Shown here: positions 1 to 7,070 of the stretch, in pieces | How positions within the stretch are numbered: the first letter of the stretch is position 1 | Layout: each line of letters opens with the position of its first letter | From: a virus | Reading direction: 5' to 3' (one strand) | IMG/VR virus record: IMGVR_UViG_3300042562_001768 | Length of the DNA stretch: 15,563 nt | Program-made: the position numbers and the translations under genes | Notes under the pieces: model-generated | What the model was told of the DNA's origin: nothing | Seen by the model: only the letters and a program-made list of their open reading frames with translations | The model's database searches: none

Positions 1-127
1 GGGGGGGTGGGAGGTCTTTGGGGAGGTCATGCAAGCCATCGAACGGCACGATCCGCGAGCCCAGGGAGACCTGCCCGGACAGCGCCGCGTCGTGCGTCGG
101 CGCCTGGATGAACTCGGCATCAAGGAC
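1..127. repeat. Terminal direct repeat, copy 1; exact duplicate of 15437..15563 (circular-closure overlap or terminal redundancy)
   Basis: Read directly: the first 127 nt (ggggggg tgggaggtctttggggaggtcatgcaagcc ... ctcggcatcaaggac) recur exactly as the last 127 nt of the window. Confidence 0.9.
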
Positions 128-280
128 GGCGACGCGCGCGGCGCGTGGCAGCTCTTGGTCCGCAGTTGGGCCTCGACCGGGCGGCGCCCGTACGACCGCT
201 TGGTCGACCTGACTGATCGCCTGCAAGGCGCCAGAGACCCGCGCGCGGTCATCCTTGCGCGGATCAGGGAGGTCGCATGA
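2..280 (+). CDS. C-terminal part of the junction-spanning winged-helix initiator-like gene (same gene as 15027..15563 after wrap-around); the ORF track shows it as 29..280
   Basis: Position 2 corresponds to 15438 and is in the same frame as the ORF opening at 15027. The frame stays open to TGA at 278-280. The Met at 29 is internal to this longer frame. Confidence 0.6.
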   Translation, partial: GGWEVFGEVMQAIERHDPRAQGDLPGQRRVVRRRLDELGIKDGDARGAWQLLVRSWASTGRRPYDRLVDLTDRLQGARDPRAVILARIREVA

Positions 281-687
281 TGGACGAGCAGTGCAAATCG
301 TGCCAAGATTGGCGAGACTTGTTCGTGAGATCGAATCGTGAAAATCAGGAGCTCAGGCGCCTGAACATTGCATTCAACAGACCGGAGCCATCACCAGACT
401 TGCAGCAGGAATACAGAGAAATGAAGGTGCAGAACCGAGCGATGATGGACGTTCACAACCTTCTGGTGAAGGAACATGGCGAAGCCGTTCGCCAGGTACC
501 AGCCCTCAGCGCAACGATTGCACGCCTTAAGCGCGACATTGTTCTGATCCATCAGATCTGCACGCCGCGCCAACGCTACAAACTGAGGCGCGTCTTATGG
601 CTTGACCAGCAAGAAATCGAGCATTACCGCAAGTCGCTTCACCCTGAATACATGTACGGACACGGGAAGAAGAGAAAGACAGCATGA
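277..687 (+). CDS. Hypothetical protein (136 aa), basic C-terminus
   Basis: ATG at 277 overlaps the upstream stop (ATGA). ORF-track protein MMDEQCKSCQDW...GHGKKRKTA. The region is visibly lower in G+C than the structural genes (by eye, not computed). No motif recognised. Confidence 0.5.
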   Translation: MMDEQCKSCQDWRDLFVRSNRENQELRRLNIAFNRPEPSPDLQQEYREMKVQNRAMMDVHNLLVKEHGEAVRQVPALSATIARLKRDIVLIHQICTPRQRYKLRRVLWLDQQEIEHYRKSLHPEYMYGHGKKRKTA

Positions 688-779
688 TCGGCTTCATCTT
701 CGTGTCGTTCCTGCTCCTGTTGGCGGCAGCGCCATTCATCGCCATAGCCACACTCTTACCCTGGGAATCAGATGACTAA
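684..779 (+). CDS. Small hydrophobic peptide (31 aa), putative single-pass membrane protein
   Basis: ATG at 684 overlaps the stop of the previous gene (ATGA). My translation is MIGFIFVSFLLLLAAAPFIAIATLLPWESDD, ending at TAA 777-779, and overlaps the next gene start at 772. Below the ORF-track length cutoff. Confidence 0.3.
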   Translation: MIGFIFVSFLLLLAAAPFIAIATLLPWESDD

Positions 780-1023
780 GAAAGAACTTGAGTCCATCCG
801 CCACGAGATCGCCGTCCTCAAGCGCGAGGTCGAACTCCTGCGCGACACCAACCTCGCGCGCGTGACGTACGGACGGCCCGTCATGGTCGTCCGTCGCGAC
901 AGCATGGGCGTGCACTTCGAAGACGCGCCACAACGGCGCGACACCATCGAGGATCTTGCCGCCGCGCACCGATGCGTAACCGATCGAGACATCGAGCGCG
1001 CGATGTATGCGGGGGAAGGATGA
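772..1023 (+). CDS. Hypothetical protein (83 aa)
   Basis: ORF-track frame MTKKELESIRHEIAVLKREVELLRD...; the next gene starts at 1020 overlapping its stop. No motif recognised. Confidence 0.5.
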   Translation: MTKKELESIRHEIAVLKREVELLRDTNLARVTYGRPVMVVRRDSMGVHFEDAPQRRDTIEDLAAAHRCVTDRDIERAMYAGEG

Positions 1024-1511
1024 GCCTTCCCACCAACAGCCGTATGAAGGGCAAACGGGGCGAACTGGACGCTGCCGCGCACCTCACTGAGTTGACCAGG
1101 TGGAAGTGGGAGCGCACCGCGCAACGCTGGGGCAAGGCCACGGCGGACGTTTGGTGCCCGCGCGCGCCCGCTCTGTTCCAGTTGCACGTGGAGGTGAAAC
1201 TGTACGGGCGCGGACTGGCCAAGCTTCACACCGCGGCAGCGGCGTATCCGCTGGTGGTCACGCGCGATGGCCTGCACATCTGCGAGCTCAGCCGCCTGCG
1301 CGTCCAACTGCTCAGGCTTGGCCCGCCGAACGTCACCTTGAGCGTTCACAACACGACCGCCGCCTTCATGCGCCAGGCAGTAGCCGACGCGTCAGGCGTC
1401 ACGCCGCTCGTCCTCATGCGACAGGACCGACACCCGTGGCTGGCAGTCTGGCGAAGCGAGGACGAGGACCGAGTCGCCTACCAACTCGACCAGGTGTGGA
1501 ATGAGACGTGA
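1020..1511 (+). CDS. PD-(D/E)XK-type nuclease, Holliday-junction-resolvase-like (Hjc/RecU-like pattern)
   Basis: ATG at 1020 overlaps the upstream TGA at 1021-1023 (ATGA). The N-terminal region MKGKRGELDAAAHLTE...ADVWCP...FQLHVEVK fits the G-x-x-x-E ... D ... (hydrophobic)3-E-V-K pattern of Hjc-like PD-(D/E)XK nucleases. Judged by eye only. Confidence 0.5.
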   Translation: MSLPTNSRMKGKRGELDAAAHLTELTRWKWERTAQRWGKATADVWCPRAPALFQLHVEVKLYGRGLAKLHTAAAAYPLVVTRDGLHICELSRLRVQLLRLGPPNVTLSVHNTTAAFMRQAVADASGVTPLVLMRQDRHPWLAVWRSEDEDRVAYQLDQVWNET

Positions 1512-1776
1512 GCCCCAATGCATCCACGCGCGCAAGGCGCCCGTCGTGCGGTCAGCCCACACTGGCAAGGGCAGTGGTCGACCGATGTTTCGGTTGAGTC
1601 GGACCACGCGCGCCAACCATCCGATGTGCCAGGAGAACTGCGGTCGACCATCGACCGAAGTGCATCACATCGTTCCTTGGTCCGAGTCAGTCGTGCTGCG
1701 GCTCGACCCAAATAATTTGGTCGCAGTTTGCCGTGACTGCCATGAGCGTTTGGAGGCGCTGCGGCTGACCAAGTAG
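1501..1776 (+). CDS. HNH endonuclease
   Basis: Protein contains C-x2-C ... EVHHIVP ... NNLVAVCRDCHERLE, the HNH zinc-finger and catalytic His pattern. ATG at 1501 overlaps the upstream gene by 11 nt. The true start could be a later in-frame Met (1585 or 1624). Sits immediately upstream of large terminase. Confidence 0.8.
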   Translation: MRREPQCIHARKAPVVRSAHTGKGSGRPMFRLSRTTRANHPMCQENCGRPSTEVHHIVPWSESVVLRLDPNNLVAVCRDCHERLEALRLTK

Positions 1777-1800
1777 CGATCCGTTTTTCAATTATGAGCC

Positions 1801-1822
1801 CCCCCCTATAGCCCCCCTATAG
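1801..1822. repeat. Tandem direct repeat, 2 x cccccctatag, in the HNH-terminase intergenic region
   Basis: Read directly: cccccctatag at 1801-1811 and again at 1812-1822, preceded by two more C and followed by cgagggg. Confidence 0.8.
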
Positions 1823-1868
1823 CGAGGGGTTTGAAGTACCTACGAGGTCAACCCACGGATAAACGCCG

Positions 1869-1911
1869 CCAATGCATAAGGAAAACACCCCCAATGCATA
1901 AGAAAACGCCC
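1869..1911. repeat. Tandem imperfect direct repeat (22 + 21 nt) overlapping the terminase ribosome-binding site and start codon
   Basis: ccaatgcataaggaaaacaccc (1869-1890) is followed by ccaatgcataagaaaacgccc (1891-1911). The ATG of the second copy (1894) is the terminase start; AAGGA at 1878-1882 lies 11 nt upstream. Confidence 0.7.
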
Positions 1912-3609
1912 ATCAGACGGTCACGCAAAGCGCCCGCCGGAGCGCTCCAGATTGCGGACGCCTACGCTCACGAAGCGCTGAAGGGCAAGCGCTACAACAC
2001 CCGCATCCGCGCCTTCAGTTCCCAGTGGCTGGCCGCGCGGGCGGCACCAAAGTCGGCTGGTTACGTGTGGGATGAGGAGCGCCTGACCAGCCTGGTGGAG
2101 TACGCGCGGGAGCGGTTCAAGATCACGCTCCTGCCGTGGCAGTACCTGGCCTTCGCCACGCTCGTTTCGTGGCGCGATCAGGCCGACCTTCCGGTGGTTC
2201 GGGTGTTCGCGATACAGGTCGCGCGGGGTGCGGGGAAGACGGAGATGGTGGCGATCCTGGCGTCTTGGCTGGTCGAGTGGACCGCGCGCGCGGGTCGTTC
2301 GCCGATCGAGATCGTGGTGCTCGCGACGCAGATGGAGCGCGCCAAAGACGTGTGGCTTCGGCAGAAGGTCAGCCTCGCGGACGACCCGTCCTGGCGCCTG
2401 GTCGGTGGTCTGTCGTCGCTCGTCATTGCCGCGGCCCACCACGCTGGCGGGGTGGTCAAGTGCAAGCCATCGACCCCTAAGAACGCGGACGGAATCCTGC
2501 CCACGCTCGTCGTCTTGGACGAGGCGGCGCGCATCGAAGACGAGACCTACGCGCGCGCGCTCAGTTCGATCAGCAAGGTGCCAGGCTGCCAGGCGCTGAT
2601 CGTTACGACGCCGGACAAGGATCAGCGCCGCCGCGGATACGGCACGACCATCGGACTGCTGGAGCGCGCCTACGACGAGAACACTTCGCCGCCGCCAGGG
2701 ATCGCCGGGATGATCTTCGGCATCGACACCACCGATCGACCGGACGATCCGGAGGCGTGGTACAAGGCGCACCCCAGCCTCGGCATCACGAAGCAGCTCA
2801 GCGACTACACGCTCGGCAAGGCGCTGCTCTTGGATCCCGGCGCACCGAACGATCGCGACGAGTTCTACACCCAGTTCCTCGCGACCTTCACGGATGACCT
2901 GGCCGGTGCCATGCCGCTAAGTCTGTTCGACGCGTGCGTCGAGGACTGGGATCTCTCCGACTTCCGCGGCTTCCCGGCAGTGGTCGGAGTCGACTTCAGC
3001 CAGGGCGGTTGGAGCGGTCAGCAGACGGACCTGACCTCGATCAATGTGTCGGTGTGGGACGGCGTCCGCATCCGCTCCAGGTCGTACCACTACTGGGCCG
3101 GGACCAACATCGAAGCGGACGAAGTCAAGTGCCGACAGCCGCTGCGCGAGTGGCGGGACGCGGGTCTCTTGGAGGTCTGCGGCAACACCATTGACTACTC
3201 GCTACTGGAGGCGCGGACCATCGCCATCGCGTCGATCGTTGACCTGCGGCACTGGGTCGCGGACCCAGCAGGGAAGGCGCCCGCCTGGTGCGAGGCGATG
3301 GAGAAGCGACACGGATGGCGCTGGTCGCGCGCTCCTCAGTCGCACATTTACATGGGCTCGGCGTGGGCAATTTGGAGCGACGCCGTGCGCGGTCGGCGCA
3401 TCCAGTTCGCACCCGATCCGGTGCTCCGCGCGAACCTGTCGCACACGCGCGCGGTGCCAACCGACCGAGGTCTGAGCGTGCCAAGCAAGGGGCGCAGCAC
3501 CAGCAACATCGACGCCGTCACCGCGTGCTGCATGTGCATCAAGGTGCTCAACGATCGCGAGCTCATGACCGAGAGTCTGTACGGCGACCCGGGCAAGATC
3601 TCCTTCTGA
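1894..3609 (+). CDS. terL: Terminase large subunit
   Basis: Long ORF with a P-loop-like segment VFAIQVARGAGKTEMVAILASWLV and a Walker-B-like LVVLDEAARIEDE, followed by a C-terminal nuclease-sized region. ATG at 1894 has an AAGGA Shine-Dalgarno; the ORF-track start at 1831 is a TTG extension. Followed by portal and capsid genes. Confidence 0.9.
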   Translation: MHKKTPIRRSRKAPAGALQIADAYAHEALKGKRYNTRIRAFSSQWLAARAAPKSAGYVWDEERLTSLVEYARERFKITLLPWQYLAFATLVSWRDQADLPVVRVFAIQVARGAGKTEMVAILASWLVEWTARAGRSPIEIVVLATQMERAKDVWLRQKVSLADDPSWRLVGGLSSLVIAAAHHAGGVVKCKPSTPKNADGILPTLVVLDEAARIEDETYARALSSISKVPGCQALIVTTPDKDQRRRGYGTTIGLLERAYDENTSPPPGIAGMIFGIDTTDRPDDPEAWYKAHPSLGITKQLSDYTLGKALLLDPGAPNDRDEFYTQFLATFTDDLAGAMPLSLFDACVEDWDLSDFRGFPAVVGVDFSQGGWSGQQTDLTSINVSVWDGVRIRSRSYHYWAGTNIEADEVKCRQPLREWRDAGLLEVCGNTIDYSLLEARTIAIASIVDLRHWVADPAGKAPAWCEAMEKRHGWRWSRAPQSHIYMGSAWAIWSDAVRGRRIQFAPDPVLRANLSHTRAVPTDRGLSVPSKGRSTSNIDAVTACCMCIKVLNDRELMTESLYGDPGKISF

Positions 3610-3674
3610 GAATCTCCGCCGCACTGCAACGGGAACCCATTGACATCGCTGCCGCGATTGTTGTTACTACTCGC

Positions 3675-4796
3675 ATGAACCGTCTGTTCAAGCTCTTCGG
3701 CTTCAAGTCTGCACCGATGAATATCGGTTGGGACTCTCCGTCGAACTACGTCCGAGCAGACGTCGCGGCGCTGCCGTCCGTGCAGCGATGCATGAACCTG
3801 ATCGCGAACGATGTCGCGCGCTGCCCACTGGTGGTGCGCGACGCCGAGCAGATGATGGTCGAAGACTCGACGATCACCGCGCTCTTTACGAATGCGGCGC
3901 AGGCCGAGCTAAGCGGAACAGACTTCCGCCGATGGATGGCTTCGGAAGCGCTGCTGTCTGGCAACGCCTTCGCGCAGATCGTGACCGACTCGATGGGCCA
4001 GCCCGTCGCGTTGCGTCCGCTGGCGAGCTCAGCCGTCAGCCTGAACGAAGACAGTAACGGCGTGCTGCATTGGACCTACTCCGGCACCGAGATCGACTAC
4101 GCCTCGATGCTGCACTTCAAGGGTGCGCCGAGTCCAGGGAATCCGTACTGGGGCACAAGTGTCCTGAGCGCTGCGGCGACAAGCCTCGACGCAGTCGCGC
4201 AAACCGAAGCAGCCTGGAACGCATACACCCGGAGCGGCGGATACGGCAAGCTTGTCTTCAGTCATCCCGGCGCTCTCCAGCCTGCGACCCGCGACGCCAT
4301 GCGGACCGCCTTCATGTCGGGACACATGACTGCCGCCGCAGCGGGCACACCGATCTTCGTCGGCGAAGGGATGACCGTGACCGCGCTCTCGCCGTCGTGG
4401 GGCAAGGACATGATCGAGCTCCGCGCCGCGGGCGCGCGCGTGGTCGCGAACATGTTCGGCGTACCAGCCGCGTACCTCGACATGAGCGAGGCGCGCACGC
4501 AACCAGAGATCGCACAGTCGTACGTCTCGTCGTGCTTAGAAATCTGGGCCACGACCTGGGAAGCGGAGATCAGTAACAAGCTCTTGCGACCTGGTCTTCG
4601 TGTTCGTTGGGACTGGTCGCCTGTCTTGGAAGGAGACTTCCGAACCGCTGGCAAGGCGTACGGAAAGTTCGTCGAGGTCGGCGTGCTCAGTCCGAACGAC
4701 GTCCGCGTTCGCCTTGGCTACTCGCCGCTGCCTGGTCTCTGGGATCCGAGGCCAGTGATGAGTGGCATCACCATCGAATCGGACGGTCTGCAATGA
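3675..4796 (+). CDS. Portal protein (HK97-like family)
   Basis: 373-aa ORF directly between terminase and prohead protease; MNRLFKLFGFKSAPMNIGWDSPSNYV... First in-frame ATG after the terminase stop; the ORF-track start at 3288 lies inside terminase. No clear Shine-Dalgarno, so the start is uncertain (alternative ATG at 3717). Confidence 0.8.
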   Translation: MNRLFKLFGFKSAPMNIGWDSPSNYVRADVAALPSVQRCMNLIANDVARCPLVVRDAEQMMVEDSTITALFTNAAQAELSGTDFRRWMASEALLSGNAFAQIVTDSMGQPVALRPLASSAVSLNEDSNGVLHWTYSGTEIDYASMLHFKGAPSPGNPYWGTSVLSAAATSLDAVAQTEAAWNAYTRSGGYGKLVFSHPGALQPATRDAMRTAFMSGHMTAAAAGTPIFVGEGMTVTALSPSWGKDMIELRAAGARVVANMFGVPAAYLDMSEARTQPEIAQSYVSSCLEIWATTWEAEISNKLLRPGLRVRWDWSPVLEGDFRTAGKAYGKFVEVGVLSPNDVRVRLGYSPLPGLWDPRPVMSGITIESDGLQ

Positions 4797-6403
4797 TGCG
4801 AGAACTCCGCGCACAACTGGCACCGACTACCGACGGGACGGTCCGCGGATACGCGGCGCTGTTCGACTCTTGGTCGCTGCCGATCACCGAGCGCGGACGC
4901 ACGTTCCGCGAACGCATCAAGCCGGGCGCACTACAGCCGGACGGGAACGTCTCACTGTGGTGGATGCACGACCACACCGACCCACTCGCGAACACGCGCA
5001 GCGGATCGCTCACGATTACAGAGGACGCGAAGGGGATCGCATTCGTAGCCGACTTGGGTACGAGCGCGCGCGCGGACGAGATCCGCGACCTCATTCGCCG
5101 CGGGGTGGTCGACCAGATGTCGATCGGCTTCGTCGCACTCTCAGATATCTGGGACGGCAATACGTCCCGCACGATCACTAAGGCCACGCTCCATGAGGTG
5201 AGTTTGGTCGAATCGGCTGCGTACCCCGGTACGTCAGCAACCGTCCGCAACCACCAAAGGAAACCCGCTATGTCCGTCAAAGAAGATCGTGCTCGCATCG
5301 CCGAGCTCAACGCTGAATACAACACCGCTACCGATGAGCGTCAGTTCGCCATCATGGACGAAGTCGCAGAGTGTGAGGAGCGCATCGCTGGCGCCCAGGC
5401 TGCATTCACCAACCGCGCCGCCACACCGTTGGCAGTCGCACCGTCGGCACCGCTTGCCGTCGTTCGTCGCATCACGCCTCCAGTCCGTGACGAGCAGCGC
5501 GAGTGGTTCCGCACTGGCTTCAAGCAGAACCGATCCATCGGTCTGAGCGTGACGGGTGGCAACGCTACCGCCGGGCAAACTTTGCCGACCCTGAGCGGTG
5601 AGTTCATCAAGGCGCTCGACCAAGAGTCCGTGATGCGTAGCCTCGCAACCGTCGAGACCCGTGGACTCGATACCGATATCCAAGTGATCGGCACGCGCCA
5701 GACCGCTGTTCTGCTGGCAGAAAAGGCGGCGTACACATCGACCGACTTCACCGCGACCAAGCTCTCTTTCAAGAGCTACAAGTCCGGCGCGCTGACCGAC
5801 GTCACGGAAGAGGCCTTGCAGGACACCGTGTGGGATGTTGCGAGTCAGGTAGTCAGTGAACACGGTCGCGCTCACTCGCGACTCTGGGAGAACTACTACG
5901 TAAACGGTACCGGCACTTCCCAGCCGCAAGGCGCGTTTGCTGCGACCTGGACAACGACGTACACCACGGCGGCTGTTGGCTTGCCAACGGTGGCGGACTT
6001 GGTCACGGCTGCGTACAAGTTGCCAACCCCGTACCAGGCGAACGCGTCCTGGCTCATGCACTCAACTGTTTGGGCTGCGGTCGTCGGCAGTGCGGCCAGC
6101 GGCAAGTACCTCCTGAACGGTGAGAACGGGAACATCCTCAAGGACGGGGCCGTCGCTCTGTTCCTCGGCAAGCCTGTCTACCTCAGCGAGTGGGCACCAT
6201 CGGCAGCAACCGCTGCTACGGTGTCGTGCCTGTACGGTGACTTCAAGGCGGGCTACCGAATCATCGACCGCTCGATGCTGAGCTTCACCGTTGATGATGT
6301 GTCCCAGATGTCTAACGGACTCATCCGCTACACCAGTCGTATGCGCTCCGACGCCAAGGCCGTCGACGCGACCGCGATTGTCCCGGTCGTCATCAAGACC
6401 TGA
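4793..6403 (+). CDS. Prohead (capsid maturation) protease fused in frame to HK97-type major capsid protein; internal ribosome-binding site and ATG at 5270 may also give stand-alone capsid protein
   Basis: ATG at 4793 overlaps the portal stop (ATGA). The N-terminal ~159 aa (VRGYAALFDS...WWMHDHTD...VDQMSIGFVALSD...LHEVSLVESAAYPGT) match the HK97 prohead protease pattern. From MSVKEDRARIAELNAEY onward it is a coiled-coil delta region followed by a capsid-protein-like body ending ...DATAIVPVVIKT. No stop codon separates the two parts. AAGGA at 5257-5261 precedes the in-frame ATG at 5270. Confidence 0.85.
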   Translation: MMRELRAQLAPTTDGTVRGYAALFDSWSLPITERGRTFRERIKPGALQPDGNVSLWWMHDHTDPLANTRSGSLTITEDAKGIAFVADLGTSARADEIRDLIRRGVVDQMSIGFVALSDIWDGNTSRTITKATLHEVSLVESAAYPGTSATVRNHQRKPAMSVKEDRARIAELNAEYNTATDERQFAIMDEVAECEERIAGAQAAFTNRAATPLAVAPSAPLAVVRRITPPVRDEQREWFRTGFKQNRSIGLSVTGGNATAGQTLPTLSGEFIKALDQESVMRSLATVETRGLDTDIQVIGTRQTAVLLAEKAAYTSTDFTATKLSFKSYKSGALTDVTEEALQDTVWDVASQVVSEHGRAHSRLWENYYVNGTGTSQPQGAFAATWTTTYTTAAVGLPTVADLVTAAYKLPTPYQANASWLMHSTVWAAVVGSAASGKYLLNGENGNILKDGAVALFLGKPVYLSEWAPSAATAATVSCLYGDFKAGYRIIDRSMLSFTVDDVSQMSNGLIRYTSRMRSDAKAVDATAIVPVVIKT

Positions 6404-6421
6404 TTACTTGCCATCCTCGCA

Positions 6422-6449
6422 GCCGGGGCGGTCTTCGGACCGTCCCGGC
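6422..6449 (+). terminator. Strong GC-rich hairpin with UUCG tetraloop just after the capsid gene (terminator or RNA-stability element; no U-tract)
   Basis: gccggggcggtc (6422-6433), ttcg (6434-6437), gaccgtcccggc (6438-6449): a 12-bp stem with one G-U wobble. Lies between the capsid stop (6403) and the next start (6465). Confidence 0.4.
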
Positions 6450-6464
6450 AGCGCAAGGGGAACT

Positions 6465-6737
6465 ATGCCAGTACCAACCGTAGCAGAGTGCAAGGCCTGG
6501 CTGAACATCGCACACGCGACGGATGACGCTGTGCTACAGGCACAGATTGACGCAGCGATGAGCGAGCACACCGAAGCCACTGGCCGGATCTCGGCAACCA
6601 TCACCCAGGTCGAGAAGATCGCGCTGATGGAGAAGGTCGGCCAGCTCTATGGGTTCCGCGGCGATGACGTTGTCTCGCCGTCCACTTGGTTCACCGACGG
6701 CATCAGACGGATGTTCAACCCCAACAGCATCGGATGA
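6465..6737 (+). CDS. Head-tail connector / adaptor protein (gp6-like)
   Basis: 90 aa, MPVPTVAECKAWLNIAHATDDAVLQAQIDAAMSEH..., resembling gp6-like head-tail connector N-termini. AAGGGG at 6455-6460 sits just upstream of the ATG. Position immediately after the capsid gene. Confidence 0.65.
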   Translation: MPVPTVAECKAWLNIAHATDDAVLQAQIDAAMSEHTEATGRISATITQVEKIALMEKVGQLYGFRGDDVVSPSTWFTDGIRRMFNPNSIG

Positions 6738-6740
6738 ATC

Positions 6741-7070
6741 ATGGCTGGCGCTGGATACCGACGCGAACGCATGATCTACCAGACGCCGAGCCGCAGCACT
6801 GATGTCGCAGGCCAGCAGACGGTAACGTGGTCGGACGTTGTCACTCTGGCTTGCGCCATCACACCGACACAGCGCGAGGTCCTCGACGATCTTGGTGTGT
6901 CCGTGCGGACGGACATCTCGGTCGAGTCTTCGTACCACGCGAGCGTCGTGGCGAAGGGTCGGCTGAAGCACACGGTCAGCCTGTCGATCTACAACATCAT
7001 GAGCGTGACCGATCCGGACGCGGGGCGCAAGCGGCGCCTCCGGATCCTTGCTGCGGAGATCGTCCCATGA
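6741..7070 (+). CDS. Head closure / head-tail joining protein
   Basis: 109 aa, size and position typical of head-tail joining proteins (MAGAGYRRERMIYQTPSRS...RLRILAAEIVP). Call is mainly by synteny. Confidence 0.5.
   Translation: MAGAGYRRERMIYQTPSRSTDVAGQQTVTWSDVVTLACAITPTQREVLDDLGVSVRTDISVESSYHASVVAKGRLKHTVSLSIYNIMSVTDPDAGRKRRLRILAAEIVP

Noticed and set aside
29-280. Stand-alone 83-aa gene starting at Met 29
   Set aside because: The same frame is open upstream through the duplicated 127 nt and joins the ORF starting at 15027, so this is the C-terminal part of the junction-spanning gene.
1872-1901. Nine-codon micro-ORF (MHKENTPNA) in the first copy of the tandem repeat
   Set aside because: Too short, and it arises simply from duplication of the terminase start region. 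Possibly a remnant, not counted as a gene.
1801-1911. CRISPR-like array
   Set aside because: Only two repeat units of 11 nt, and separately two of about 22 nt, with no spacers. These are tandem duplications, not a CRISPR array.
1921-2772. 283-aa ORF on the minus strand
   Set aside because: Lies entirely inside the large terminase gene on the opposite strand. Long antisense open frames are expected in high-GC DNA, and it has no motifs, so I treat it as an artefact.
1831-3609. ORF-track terminase start at 1831
   Set aside because: Position 1831 is TTG with no Shine-Dalgarno. The in-frame ATG at 1894 has AAGGA 11 nt upstream, so I use 1894.
3640-3668. Promoter upstream of portal (perfect TTGACA at 3640-3645)
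   Set aside because: No convincing -10 element at 16-18 nt spacing (gttact or tactac only), so I did not list it as a feature.
3288-4796. ORF-track portal start at 3288 (502 aa)
   Set aside because: The first ~107 codons overlap terminase in another frame; the gene more plausibly starts at the first ATG after the terminase stop (3675). The track starts at 4607, 6291, 6827, 7771, 8067, 10566, 11072 and 12748 were trimmed the same way.
5234-6061. 275-aa ORF on the minus strand
   Set aside because: Antisense to the well-supported capsid gene. Rejected for the same reason, as are the other minus-strand ORFs in the track (for example 768..1349, 3202..3624, 6989..7606, 8956..9426, 14592..15053).
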